Of a stretch of DNA of 64,000 nt, positions 30,247-40,490 are shown in pieces (positions within the stretch are counted from its first letter, which is position 1; each line of letters opens with the position of its first letter). This DNA comes from a virus (Duplodnaviria > Caudoviricetes). The stretch is from positions 73,478 to 137,477 of IMG/VR virus record IMGVR_UViG_3300031555_001519; one strand, given 5' to 3'. The position numbers and the translations under genes were made by a program. Below the pieces are notes generated by a model. That model was not told where the DNA came from and searched no databases. It was given only the letters and a program-made list of their open reading frames with translations.

Positions 30247-31896
30247 TTACTTAGAAAATAATGAACCATAACGATTCTGCTTCTTTGTCTTGATAGGTAA
30301 TTTAGTCATACCTACAGACTTCTTCTCTGAATTCGCAGAGAAATTTAGACCGCCTTTCTTAGCATAATCTAAAATAATAGCGTCTAATTTGTTCTTTAAT
30401 TCATCCACAGAAAATTCTGCATGATTTTCTTTAAGTGTCTTGAATTCTTCCTTATCAGCGATAGAAGAGTAGTCTTCAGATACAAATAAAGCATCCTTCT
30501 GAGCAGTTTCTTCTTTTGCCTGATATTCTTTTAATTGAGATTCAATAGCTGAATAATTCGCTCTCATGGAACACAATTCGGCATATTCAGAATCGGTTAA
30601 AAGCTCTCTGTGTAGATTATATCTGTCGCCATCAAAATTTACATTATCGCCATCTTTTGTATACGCCTGACCATAGATTTTATCTCCACTCCAGTTTTCA
30701 TATACAAAGTATGTGTCATATACCGCACAGATATAATACCATTCATTATCTGCATCTTCGTAAACAGACAGAAGATTATAAAGCCCCCAACGAATATCAT
30801 CATGAGAAATCTCATAAGTTCTTACAAGATTTTCTTTCTGTTCAAACTGTTCAGTACCAGTTCCATCTTCTGGTTCAGGGTTACCCTCACCACCTTCCGG
30901 TTCAGAAGATTCTCCTTCGTCACCAGAATCATCATTTCCTTCATCACCTTCAGAAGCAGGTTCTGGGTCAGTACCTTCTCCATCGGCATCATCTTCTCCA
31001 AAAACTTCAGCAAATTTTGCTTCAAGTTCTTCATCAGAAAGATTCTCGTAATCAAACGTAATATCTTCTACAGTTTTACCGTATTGATTTAAAAGTTCTT
31101 CAAATTTTGTCACCGCATTTCCTCCTTCCTCTAGTTTTAAATTTATTTTTGAAAAGCCGGAGAGAGTAGTATTTAACTTCTCTAGCACTTCAATCAATTT
31201 ATTATCTTGTGAAAACATACTATTATTTTTCTCACTAAAATCTGCAAGTTTTATATTTGAACCAGTCATACCTGGTTTTACTGTTTCGCCTTCTGAGTTC
31301 TTTCCCAAGATTGTAACTCCTGAGAAGAAGAAGTCCTCAATATCAAGATATTTATTTTTAGCGTCATAGGACAATTCTCTGATTGATAATTCAACACTTA
31401 CAAAACATTCTCCTTCACGTTCTAAGATTTCTTTCGCTTTGGAATACTCTTCAAAAATAAACCCCTTAACTTCAACATAAGTTTTTTCTTTTTCTTCGTC
31501 ATATACAAGCTTTGCTTCACAGCTCTCAGGGATAATACCAATTGGGATTTCGTCATATACAAGCGTATCATCTTCCATATGCATGTTATGCCCATAAAAC
31601 TCATACTGACCGTTGACCTCATGGATGTAACCCAAAATAGGGCGATTAGAGAAAGAAGGTAGAGCAGCGGTCATTACATCTTCTTTTATGTTGCTCCCAT
31701 TAATATTTTCATCAATATGACAAGCTTGCAAATAAACCGGACATAAGCCTTCGGTGTCTTTGTCAGATTTTGCAAACTTAATTTTACCTTCCACTTGCAC
31801 TACTAAATTATCATTATTATTAGCAGAACTAAAATGACACGATTTCTTAGTAGAGGAGTAATAATTATATAAATCTGTTAATGTTAGTAACTTCAT
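30247..31896 (-). CDS. prohead protease/scaffold
   Basis: N-terminal protease-like domain (NRPILGYI, SVELSI, FSGVTILG), acidic linker, C-terminal coiled coil. Confidence 0.75.
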   Translation of the reverse strand: MKLLTLTDLYNYYSSTKKSCHFSSANNNDNLVVQVEGKIKFAKSDKDTEGLCPVYLQACHIDENINGSNIKEDVMTAALPSFSNRPILGYIHEVNGQYEFYGHNMHMEDDTLVYDEIPIGIIPESCEAKLVYDEEKEKTYVEVKGFIFEEYSKAKEILEREGECFVSVELSIRELSYDAKNKYLDIEDFFFSGVTILGKNSEGETVKPGMTGSNIKLADFSEKNNSMFSQDNKLIEVLEKLNTTLSGFSKINLKLEEGGNAVTKFEELLNQYGKTVEDITFDYENLSDEELEAKFAEVFGEDDADGEGTDPEPASEGDEGNDDSGDEGESSEPEGGEGNPEPEDGTGTEQFEQKENLVRTYEISHDDIRWGLYNLLSVYEDADNEWYYICAVYDTYFVYENWSGDKIYGQAYTKDGDNVNFDGDRYNLHRELLTDSEYAELCSMRANYSAIESQLKEYQAKEETAQKDALFVSEDYSSIADKEEFKTLKENHAEFSVDELKNKLDAIILDYAKKGGLNFSANSEKKSVGMTKLPIKTKKQNRYGSLFSK

Positions 31897-31961
31897 CTGT
31901 TCCTCCTTTCTTTATATTTTGTATAATAAGAAAATGAACTACTAAATAATCGACTCTAATC

Positions 31962-32156
31962 TTATAAGCAGAGTAGATTAGTATAAACAGCATCATATTT
32001 CTCTACATCAAATGTTAATTTTTTACCATCGTTGATAAAGCAAAATTTACCATTATCTTGCTGTGTAAGTTCAGTAAAACCAGCGTAACGGAGTTTGTCT
32101 GCCGTTTCACTATCTGTTGTGATGATAAAATTCATATTTGGTTTTCTATAATCCAT
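31962..32156 (-). CDS. hypothetical protein
   Basis: 64-aa ORF with RBS between portal and protease. Confidence 0.65.
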   Translation of the reverse strand: MDYRKPNMNFIITTDSETADKLRYAGFTELTQQDNGKFCFINDGKKLTFDVEKYDAVYTNLLCL

Positions 32157-32170
32157 ATCCTCGTTTCTCC

Positions 32171-33727
32171 TTATCCATTAGTCTGGTCTTTCTTGTCACG
32201 ACTTGCTTCTCCATCATCTGTTAATTCGTCTGAATCTTTTGTGGGAGCACCGTTAGTATCAGATTCCCCATTTTGTGTATGAGAACTTTTCAGAGGAATT
32301 AAAGTTTGATCCAAGCCAAGACAGTTAATTTCTAAGAAATTTAAAGCTAATGTATCCATTTCAGAAAATTGATTTAAAGTATTATATGCTAAACGTGTAG
32401 GTAAGCCGTACTGACCAGCCTCAAGCATAGCTTTTTTAAAAGCGTCCTTTGTATATGCACTTATTTCAAAGAATTTTACTTTAGCTGGATTGCTTACATA
32501 ATAGGTTAGAAATCTATTAACCCATCCTTTAACCTGTGGCAAAATCATAGAAATAGCTAATTCTGTATCAGCCTGAATTGCAGCGGTAAAGGCTGTGGTT
32601 CCTGAAATAGTAGAAGAATTTAAAATTTGTGCTCCACCAGAGCTATTAAATAAAGTTTCTGTAGCATTAGAAATCTTGTTTGTGTCATTCGCAGCATTTG
32701 TGTCAAATGATATTTGATTCAATTTGCCAGGAACAATTGCAGCAGATATATAAGATGGAAGAGCCTCATTAATCATTCTATTAAAATATTCAATCATAAT
32801 AGAAGGGTCAACTTTCCACTCATCTGGTGTTTCTGCATTTGTCATGGTTTCCATTTCTAACCAAATCATTTTATAAATTTCCTGTTCGTCAGCAATAGCT
32901 TGAATATCTTCTAAATCAATTAAATTTATTATACTATTTAAAAGACCTGAAAAAATGGGCAATACAGTTTCCCAATCTTCTGGTCTTGATTTTAAACAAA
33001 CACAATATTCATCTGGAATAGGTTGATATTTAATATTACTAGATTCATAAGCTCTATACATACTTTGGAATGGTTCGCCATACGCTTCTAACTCAAATTG
33101 TCTTGAACGGAAATAAGTCATATCCATACTTGCTGAAAAATCCCCAGTAGCATAAACGCCTGAAATCTTACAATAATCTGGGTCTAAAGGCAAAATAAAC
33201 ATGCCTTCTCCTTCTGTATAATAAGCACATCCATAGAAAACATCTTCTCTAAATGCAATAGCAAAAGCTTTTAAAAATTCATATTGTAAATTTAATTCAT
33301 CTAAAATGGTCAAAGTATCCTGATATGATTTTAATGTTTTTTTAACATCTGGTACTTTTACCAAATCATATTGAGGTATTACAGACCTTGCATTTAAATC
33401 AAACATTGTAGCATTATACATAATGAGTCTGTAATAAGCATGACATCTATAAAACAAATATCTGCTTAGATTTCTTAAATTTCGCTCATTTGCACCAATA
33501 TTCTGCAAATAAGAACGTAATGAATCCTTATTAAAAGCAGTGACAGTTTTTGTAGCAGTTCTAGTAACATCTCTTAAACTTTTTGCAGCCTGTTCGGCCA
33601 CGGCAAAATTCTCAATATGTTTTTTGTTTTTTTCATACCATTCACGCATCTCATTAGCAGTAGGCTGTTTCTTTTCAATAGAAGGTGCAGTAGTGGACAC
33701 CTCAGTTTTTTTCATTCTTTGTGCCAT
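32171..33727 (-). CDS. portal protein
   Basis: 518 aa directly after TerL; LRNLSRYLF, LPLDPDYCKI. Confidence 0.8.
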   Translation of the reverse strand: MAQRMKKTEVSTTAPSIEKKQPTANEMREWYEKNKKHIENFAVAEQAAKSLRDVTRTATKTVTAFNKDSLRSYLQNIGANERNLRNLSRYLFYRCHAYYRLIMYNATMFDLNARSVIPQYDLVKVPDVKKTLKSYQDTLTILDELNLQYEFLKAFAIAFREDVFYGCAYYTEGEGMFILPLDPDYCKISGVYATGDFSASMDMTYFRSRQFELEAYGEPFQSMYRAYESSNIKYQPIPDEYCVCLKSRPEDWETVLPIFSGLLNSIINLIDLEDIQAIADEQEIYKMIWLEMETMTNAETPDEWKVDPSIMIEYFNRMINEALPSYISAAIVPGKLNQISFDTNAANDTNKISNATETLFNSSGGAQILNSSTISGTTAFTAAIQADTELAISMILPQVKGWVNRFLTYYVSNPAKVKFFEISAYTKDAFKKAMLEAGQYGLPTRLAYNTLNQFSEMDTLALNFLEINCLGLDQTLIPLKSSHTQNGESDTNGAPTKDSDELTDDGEASRDKKDQTNG

Positions 33728-33814
33728 TCGACACCTCCTTATTATTTTATATCAAATGACCCACCGTGGTACGCATTATTAAGAGGCGTGGTGGGTTCTG
33801 TTTAAATTATTATT

Positions 33815-35872
33815 TTATTCGCCAAAAGAAGAAGGTCTTTTAGCTCCTCGGATAGTAAGAGAGGAGACTAGTGATTTTGCATCTGCTTTGGGTCGTTTTT
33901 TCTGCGTAATATTTTTACGTCTTTCTTGTTGTAATGCGTAAGAGCACATACAGCAAGTATAAGCTCTATCATCATGAAGTTTATTAATCTTTTCAGGTGT
34001 TAATTCAAAAGAGTCTTTTCCGGAATCTCTTTTCTTTCTTACCATGTTTACCAGTTCTTCTTTAAGAGCATCAATATTAGATAAAGCAATCTCATCTTGC
34101 CAATCCAATTTAATAACCTTTGTATTTACAGATTGAACTTCATTAAGTTTTTCTTGCAATTTCTCCTCGAACTCTTTTTGATTTAACTTTTCTTTTTTGA
34201 GCTTTTCGGTAATCTCTTTTTTAGCTTTTTCAAGCTTTGATTCATCAACATCGAAAATAGTTAAGTATCCTTTATTATCATAAGGCGCAGTAAAACTAAT
34301 TTTATCCTGATTCATAAGTTCAATCATTGCTTCATACATTTCAGATTTATATTGGCTTGGAGACATAAGATGTACTTTGTCCACAGCATTAGGGAATTTC
34401 TTCACATATTCCTCTGAATAAACCTTATCAATAAGGCCTCTATGAACAATGCCGGTTTTATCAGTCCAATCAGGCATTAAATAATCGGCAATATTTACAC
34501 CGCCTCCACCAGAACCAGCGTCAATATAAATTCCAAGTATATTACCATATGCGTCCGCACCAGCATTATAATCAAGAATTACTTTTTTTAAGTATTCAAT
34601 CTGATCAGGTGTCTGCATAGGGGATTTTATCTTTTTTCCAACATCAATAAGATTAATACAATTAACTATTCTCATACGTTTATCAATAGTGCCATCAAGC
34701 AACTCAACGTCATATACTTCGCCAACCAAAATCACAGAGTTATCTCTTGAACGTGCAGGGTCATATGCAATAACAAATTTCTTATTACCGGTATCATTAT
34801 ATAAAAGAGGTTTTCTGACTTCCTCATTTCTGGTAATAACACCACGTTTGACAATTGCATTTGTACCGGCATCAGTAGTAAACTGACAATAATATTCTCG
34901 TCTAGCTTTTTCCGGATTTGTTCTCATGTCTGAGTCAATAACCGATTTTTCAAAAAGAGGAGCCATTTTTTCTCCATGTATAGTGGGATGTAACGGTACT
35001 TCACAGGTAATATGTGCGACAAAGTAATTTTTATCGCCTACAAGCATTCTCTTAGAAAAATCTCTATAAAGTTCATAAAATTTTGTGCTAGTATCACTAG
35101 CAGAACTTATATAAAATAATTGGTTAGGAATTTCTTTTGGGATGGTTCTTAATCTAATCTCATCAATTCTGTTACCATCCCTATCCTTACCAGACTTAAA
35201 GCTTTTATTGACAATAGCAAAAGCCGCATATACAGACATCATTTCGTCTGATAAGAAACCACATTCATCAAATATTACATTTCCACGCATACCTCTTTTT
35301 TTATCAACATTAGAGTTTAGCGTTTGTGTCATAGAACCATTGTAGCAACTGTATGTAAAACCGTTGCTGCCATGAGAAAAACCATCACCGGCTGCATTCT
35401 TTATTTCAACTTCTGCTTTAAAAATATATCCAGTAGAACCAAGCATTGTATCAATATTATCATTTGCAAGTCTTTCAAGCGTAGTAAATGTTTGTTCTGC
35501 CTGTGAACCTGAACCAGATGCTATATAAGTCCAATAGTTGTTAAACAACATATCTTTAGCCATAATAATTAAGTCGATTAATGTAGATTTACCAAATCCA
35601 CGGGAGCAAACCAATAATACATTAGGGCAAGTCCAAGATTGTTGCACAATCCAAGCCTGTGCATCCAGTAGTTCTATGCCGAAAAAATCATTAATAAATC
35701 TAACAGGGTTACATTGATAATATTTTTGCAAATTCGCTATTTTTATTAATCCTTCAATTTTCCGTTGTGATAGCGCAAATGTACCCGGTTTTACATATAT
35801 AATATTTTTTTGTACGCAACCTTCAAAATATTCTAATACATCTAAAGAATCATATTCATCCTTAAACCTCAT
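33815..35872 (-). CDS. terL: terminase large subunit
   Basis: Walker A SRGFGKST, Walker B VIFDE, nuclease AYDPA and HDDR. Start position uncertain. Confidence 0.9.
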   Translation of the reverse strand: MRFKDEYDSLDVLEYFEGCVQKNIIYVKPGTFALSQRKIEGLIKIANLQKYYQCNPVRFINDFFGIELLDAQAWIVQQSWTCPNVLLVCSRGFGKSTLIDLIIMAKDMLFNNYWTYIASGSGSQAEQTFTTLERLANDNIDTMLGSTGYIFKAEVEIKNAAGDGFSHGSNGFTYSCYNGSMTQTLNSNVDKKRGMRGNVIFDECGFLSDEMMSVYAAFAIVNKSFKSGKDRDGNRIDEIRLRTIPKEIPNQLFYISSASDTSTKFYELYRDFSKRMLVGDKNYFVAHITCEVPLHPTIHGEKMAPLFEKSVIDSDMRTNPEKARREYYCQFTTDAGTNAIVKRGVITRNEEVRKPLLYNDTGNKKFVIAYDPARSRDNSVILVGEVYDVELLDGTIDKRMRIVNCINLIDVGKKIKSPMQTPDQIEYLKKVILDYNAGADAYGNILGIYIDAGSGGGGVNIADYLMPDWTDKTGIVHRGLIDKVYSEEYVKKFPNAVDKVHLMSPSQYKSEMYEAMIELMNQDKISFTAPYDNKGYLTIFDVDESKLEKAKKEITEKLKKEKLNQKEFEEKLQEKLNEVQSVNTKVIKLDWQDEIALSNIDALKEELVNMVRKKRDSGKDSFELTPEKINKLHDDRAYTCCMCSYALQQERRKNITQKKRPKADAKSLVSSLTIRGAKRPSSFGE

Positions 35873-37142
35873 CTTCATCACCATCGCTTTCACTAGACGA
35901 TTCATCTGAGAAACAAGAATATAATTCATTTAAATTCACTAAGTTTAATCCCAAATCAATTTCTTTTTCTTTTAAAGTGTCTTTAATATCTAAATTTTCA
36001 CGCAGAAGAATTCTAGAAATTTCTATATATTTTTCTAACTGGTCTTGCAAATCAACAATCATTGTTCGCTGATCAGCAACAATATCAGACCATTCTGACT
36101 CATCTAAACGAAGCTGTTCCATAATAGATTTGTTACTTAAATCCATTACTTGTTTCATGGCTTTACATGTTGCCATGTCAAATCCATTTACTTCACCCTC
36201 ACGTAAATTTAATTCTTTTATTTTTTTTATTTTACCAGTCCAAGTGTTTTCACCCTTCTTGGCATTCTTATTATTCTTTAAAGATATACAACTTTCAGCA
36301 GCCAAATCTTTAATGACACTTGTTAATTGTTTTTTGCTATCTTGCAAAGATTTTATTGTTGCTGAATTTTGCTGTAATTGTTTTACATCAGACATTAAAT
36401 TAACAATAGTATCATCAATCTTAGAAGACTGTAAAAAACCTCTTACTATAGAAATAGCAGAAGCATTTCTCATCATATCTTCATTGCCTTCACCACCAGC
36501 ATCTAATAATCCTAATAATTGTCCATAAAGTAGTGGCTGGTCAGAAATAGCTTCTTGTTCAAATGGGTCATAACCCAGCAATCTTTTCACATCTTCTTTA
36601 TTTTTTATGTAACTATCATAATCAGATGCATCAAAAATTTGTTCTGCACCCATTGCTTGTTTTTCATCATCGTAAACAACTTTTTCTTTAAACATGTCAG
36701 AGTCTTGCCATGTTAATCCAATGTAATTAACCATAGCAACGTTCTTGATGTAAGCACTCCATACATTATATTTTACTTTTCCTGCCACAAGATTTTCGGA
36801 TTCTTGAATACTGGAATTCCATAAACTATTTAGAAAAGGTTTGTTTAAATATTTAAGTGCTAATTGCACACTTTCTTTGGTGGGTTCATGTTCCTCTCCA
36901 TTCTTATCAACACGAAGAGCTATTTTCTCCGCACAATCTTTACAAATGGGAGCTTTCCCAGATTTAATCATTGGATCTGTACTAACATGAAATTTATCTT
37001 TTTTCTTTGTTTTGTCACACATATAACAGTGACAACTTTCTTCTTTTAAAACCCTATTTTCTTCCTCAAGAGTTTCAATTCTTTTTCTCATCTGAGCAGG
37101 AGTCATCTTCACTGGCTCAGTGGTTTTCTTAGCTGTTGCCAT
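35862..37142 (-). CDS. Zn-finger protein upstream of TerL (possible small terminase)
   Basis: CYMC...CKDC; overlaps the terL start; AGGAGG RBS. Confidence 0.6.
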   Translation of the reverse strand: MATAKKTTEPVKMTPAQMRKRIETLEEENRVLKEESCHCYMCDKTKKKDKFHVSTDPMIKSGKAPICKDCAEKIALRVDKNGEEHEPTKESVQLALKYLNKPFLNSLWNSSIQESENLVAGKVKYNVWSAYIKNVAMVNYIGLTWQDSDMFKEKVVYDDEKQAMGAEQIFDASDYDSYIKNKEDVKRLLGYDPFEQEAISDQPLLYGQLLGLLDAGGEGNEDMMRNASAISIVRGFLQSSKIDDTIVNLMSDVKQLQQNSATIKSLQDSKKQLTSVIKDLAAESCISLKNNKNAKKGENTWTGKIKKIKELNLREGEVNGFDMATCKAMKQVMDLSNKSIMEQLRLDESEWSDIVADQRTMIVDLQDQLEKYIEISRILLRENLDIKDTLKEKEIDLGLNLVNLNELYSCFSDESSSESDGDEDEV

Positions 37143-37176
37143 TCGCAACTCCTCCTTTTTATCCATTTATTCATAA

Positions 37177-37249
37177 AGCCGATAGAGGGACTCGAACCCC
37201 CAACCTGCTGATTACAAATCAGCTGCTCTGCCAATTGAGCCATATCGGC
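37177..37249 (-). tRNA. tRNA-Thr(TGT)
   Basis: GCCGATA acceptor, GCTGA-TTTGTAA-TCAGC anticodon arm, GGTTCGAGTCC T loop. Confidence 0.93.
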
Positions 37250-37271
37250 ACAATAATAGGAGAGTAGTAAT

Positions 37272-37664
37272 CTACTCTCCCAATAAATATGAAACTTCAT
37301 ATATATTATTTTCATCACAACCAATTTCTTTTAACACAGTAGAATTACAATCGTCTGCAATAAATAAACGGTCTGTTTCAGTATATAAATAACGCTCATA
37401 TTCAAAATCATAAGCCTTGCAACACCAAATGTTTAAATCGTTATCTAAAGTAACATAATATTCTTCACCATAACCACCAATTTCCTCTGGCTCAATTACA
37501 ATATCATATGGAAGAACATCATCAAACATAAGAAGCTCTTTAATAACACAGATAACATCTTCATAATATCCAACAAAAGTCGCATCAGTAAGTTTATCTT
37601 CTACAACACTGCTATATATAAGACAAGCAATGTCGCCAAAACCATCAGTTATAATTCTTCTCAT
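37272..37664 (-). CDS. hypothetical acidic protein
   Basis: 130 aa, AAGGAG RBS. Confidence 0.75.
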   Translation of the reverse strand: MRRIITDGFGDIACLIYSSVVEDKLTDATFVGYYEDVICVIKELLMFDDVLPYDIVIEPEEIGGYGEEYYVTLDNDLNIWCCKAYDFEYERYLYTETDRLFIADDCNSTVLKEIGCDENNIYEVSYLLGE

Positions 37665-37745
37665 TAATTTCTCCTTTTAAATCCTTAAATAGCTTATATT
37701 AAAATAGGAGAGTAGCGATAGTCACTCTCTATATCATTTATAACT

Positions 37746-38144
37746 CTAAAAATTACAACCAATATAACTACTTACAATCGTAAGTGTTTCGGGACTGCTA
37801 CAAGATACTCTTAAAGCAAATCCCCATTGTTCGTTCTGATTCATATTTTCCCATGAACGAAAGACTTTTACTGTTGAACCTAACACCTCAGTAGGCATAC
37901 CACTACAACTTACAACAGAAGTTATTGGTTGAGTAAAAGTAACAGTCCATACAGAATCTGGTGCATGACCAACATCAATGCTATAATGATGTGCGTCAAA
38001 CTGAAACTCTCTAGAGTCATCACTATTAACTATATTGTTAGTTTCACCATTTTTATCAATAATCCAACAATCAGAGCCACTTGCAGCATATACGCCTTCT
38101 GCAAATTCTTCATTTATTATTACAATTGGTTTCTCATATTTCAT
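37746..38144 (-). CDS. hypothetical protein with RiPP-leader-like N-terminus
   Basis: MKYEKPIV...AEGVYAASG N-terminus. Confidence 0.7.
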   Translation of the reverse strand: MKYEKPIVIINEEFAEGVYAASGSDCWIIDKNGETNNIVNSDDSREFQFDAHHYSIDVGHAPDSVWTVTFTQPITSVVSCSGMPTEVLGSTVKVFRSWENMNQNEQWGFALRVSCSSPETLTIVSSYIGCNF

Positions 38145-38158
38145 TTCTTTTAATTCCT

Positions 38159-39379
38159 TTAATTAAGTTCTACTGTATAATAAGCATCCACACCTTTATC
38201 CGAACATACACACACCATCTGACTGGGCTTTCCACTTAATCTTTTTTCAATTGTATATGAATCTCCGGAACCTGCCAAAGACCCGCCACGAATCATCTTA
38301 ATTCCATTGCATTCATCAACAGCACAAGTATGCATATGACCAAAAGTAACTGCATATGGTACAAATCCAAGCATTAATACTAAATTAGCAACGCCATTTC
38401 TTGTAAAAGAATCATAGTCGCCGTGTACCGCAATATACGATTTTGAACGTATATTTAAATCTACAATGCCTGTATCTAAATTTCTGTGCAAAATAGTTAT
38501 ATTATCTATATGCTTTAAGGAATTTTCAACAATCCAAGAAATCAAATCATCAAGTCTTTCATCGTGTAAAGCATCTTCTTTTTTATCAAGTCTTGAATGA
38601 TTACCAGACACATTGGTTATTAAAACTTTATTGAAATACTTGCTTAATTCGTAGCAAAACGAAGCTATTAATTCAGAAGCAAGCTTTATTTGCTCAATTA
38701 CGTTTTCTCTATTTGTAATGGCTAAAGCCTTGTGAATAGATCCGCTTATCAAATCCCCTTGAATTGAAATCCATATTTTTTCAGAATTATGTCTACGACC
38801 AATCTTAATCACTTCTAATAAAAGCTGATTTAATCTGTCTCTAGCAATATCTGAGTTATATTCACCCCAAGTAGAAGAGAAGCATTGACCAATATGTAAA
38901 TCAGATAAAATAATAAGTAAATCTGTATCTCCGTTAACCTGAACGTTATCGTATTTAGAAAAGTCAACTTTTCCAAATTCAGAAAGTTTTTCTTCTAATA
39001 AATCTAATTTGGATTCTACTCTTGCATCAATATAATTCTGTTTCTGCCAAGCATTTCTTTCGTCACGGAATTGAATTTTTGCACGTTCTAATTCACGCTT
39101 CATCAGCATTAATTCATTTGAATAATTATCATCTTTTTTATGATTATTTTTTTCGTTTTTCCAGTGGCAATATTCTCTAACAAAAGCTCCACCCAATAAC
39201 GGTGGCTGCTGTGCTTTTCTTAAAGAATCTCCGTTCCATTCAATTCCATATTTAGAGGCAATCTCTGACCAATCTATATCTGATACTTTATGTACCTTGT
39301 CAGAGCAGTCCTTTAACAAATCTTCATACCTTTCCGGTGTAAGACCATACTCGGCAAGTGTATTTTCTATATCAAACAT
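38159..39379 (-). CDS. calcineurin-like metallophosphoesterase (YonJ-like)
   Basis: SDLHIG, GDLISG, GNH, HGD and GHMH motifs. Confidence 0.85.
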   Translation of the reverse strand: MFDIENTLAEYGLTPERYEDLLKDCSDKVHKVSDIDWSEIASKYGIEWNGDSLRKAQQPPLLGGAFVREYCHWKNEKNNHKKDDNYSNELMLMKRELERAKIQFRDERNAWQKQNYIDARVESKLDLLEEKLSEFGKVDFSKYDNVQVNGDTDLLIILSDLHIGQCFSSTWGEYNSDIARDRLNQLLLEVIKIGRRHNSEKIWISIQGDLISGSIHKALAITNRENVIEQIKLASELIASFCYELSKYFNKVLITNVSGNHSRLDKKEDALHDERLDDLISWIVENSLKHIDNITILHRNLDTGIVDLNIRSKSYIAVHGDYDSFTRNGVANLVLMLGFVPYAVTFGHMHTCAVDECNGIKMIRGGSLAGSGDSYTIEKRLSGKPSQMVCVCSDKGVDAYYTVELN

Positions 39380-39434
39380 TATCCTTTTATTCCTCCAATA
39401 AAATAGGAGAGTGTAGCACACTCTCCATAATCAT

Positions 39435-39668
39435 TTATTCATAAACTACATTACCGTTTTCATCAATGGTTGCTTCTTCATCGGGTTCTGCATCAATATC
39501 TTCTTCTGACTTAGAAGTAGTAGATAAGTCAAATGCCATATCTCCATACACATTTGCTAAAATTTCTACCAAATTAATTACTTCTCCTGATTCATCTACA
39601 AAGTTGCCATCAAAAATTTTAAGCTGCTTAAGCTTACCTGTATATGTTGTTTGCTTCTTAAAACTCAT
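39435..39668 (-). CDS. small acidic protein (YonK-like by synteny)
   Basis: 77 aa directly upstream of the phosphoesterase, as yonK-yonJ in SPbeta. Confidence 0.55.
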   Translation of the reverse strand: MSFKKQTTYTGKLKQLKIFDGNFVDESGEVINLVEILANVYGDMAFDLSTTSKSEEDIDAEPDEEATIDENGNVVYE

Positions 39669-39775
39669 TTTTTTCTCCTTATAATCCCTTAAAATTGTTT
39701 TGTTTTACGATTTTCTTGACATCAGCAAAATCGTATGTTAATATGATATGTGTGAAAATATATATAATTTTCGTT

Positions 39776-40387
39776 TTAAATAATTTCATCAATGCTACAA
39801 TCTACACCGATAATACAATCAACAATTCCATGTTCTTTTGCTTCTTTAGGAAGCATATACCATTCAACACGATATTTTGCATCATATAGGTCATTATCAA
39901 TAGTAGTACGAGACATAATATACTGCTTTGTCATTTGTTCAAGCTGGTTGGTTTCAAAATCCATTCTGTCCTTCATCTTAGCAGTTGAATCCCAACCGGC
40001 AGTAGATCCGTCATGCATGAGGAATTCACTTCTCAACATAGAAAATCTCTTGTGTCCAGCTAAGAAAATTAAAAATCCCATACTTGCACATAATGCCTGA
40101 TTAATTGTATACACAGGTGTAATGGAAGATTGAATAACATCAATTAATCCATACCCATCGCAAACAGATCCACCTGGCGAATTAATATATAATAATATGG
40201 GTTTTCTTTCTTCCGGTTTCAAACCTTTGTCGAGCCTATTATATCTTAGAATATGATAAACAATAGAATCAATAATAGTTTCATCAATTCCACAATTAAT
40301 AAATAAACGTCTTTCCTCTAAATCATTAACTTCAAATTTTTCTAAATAAGTGACACTACAAATATCTTTATATTCCCTTTTATCCAT
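39776..40387 (-). CDS. clpP: ClpP-family protease
   Basis: LYINSPGGSV, CASMG (catalytic Ser), FLMH. Confidence 0.9.
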   Translation of the reverse strand: MDKREYKDICSVTYLEKFEVNDLEERRLFINCGIDETIIDSIVYHILRYNRLDKGLKPEERKPILLYINSPGGSVCDGYGLIDVIQSSITPVYTINQALCASMGFLIFLAGHKRFSMLRSEFLMHDGSTAGWDSTAKMKDRMDFETNQLEQMTKQYIMSRTTIDNDLYDAKYRVEWYMLPKEAKEHGIVDCIIGVDCSIDEII

Positions 40388-40490
40388 TTTGTGTTACCTC
40401 ACTTTTTCTTAATATTTTTGTATAACAAAAGACACCCACACGAATTCTCGCATGGATGCCTTTCAACCGTAATCAATACGGCTATCTCCG

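Noticed and set aside
33815-35929. Intein or intron in the terminase
   Set aside because: Continuous ORF with normal motif spacing and no intein terminal motifs.
37109-37324. 71-aa ORF
   Set aside because: Overlaps tRNA-Thr; spurious.
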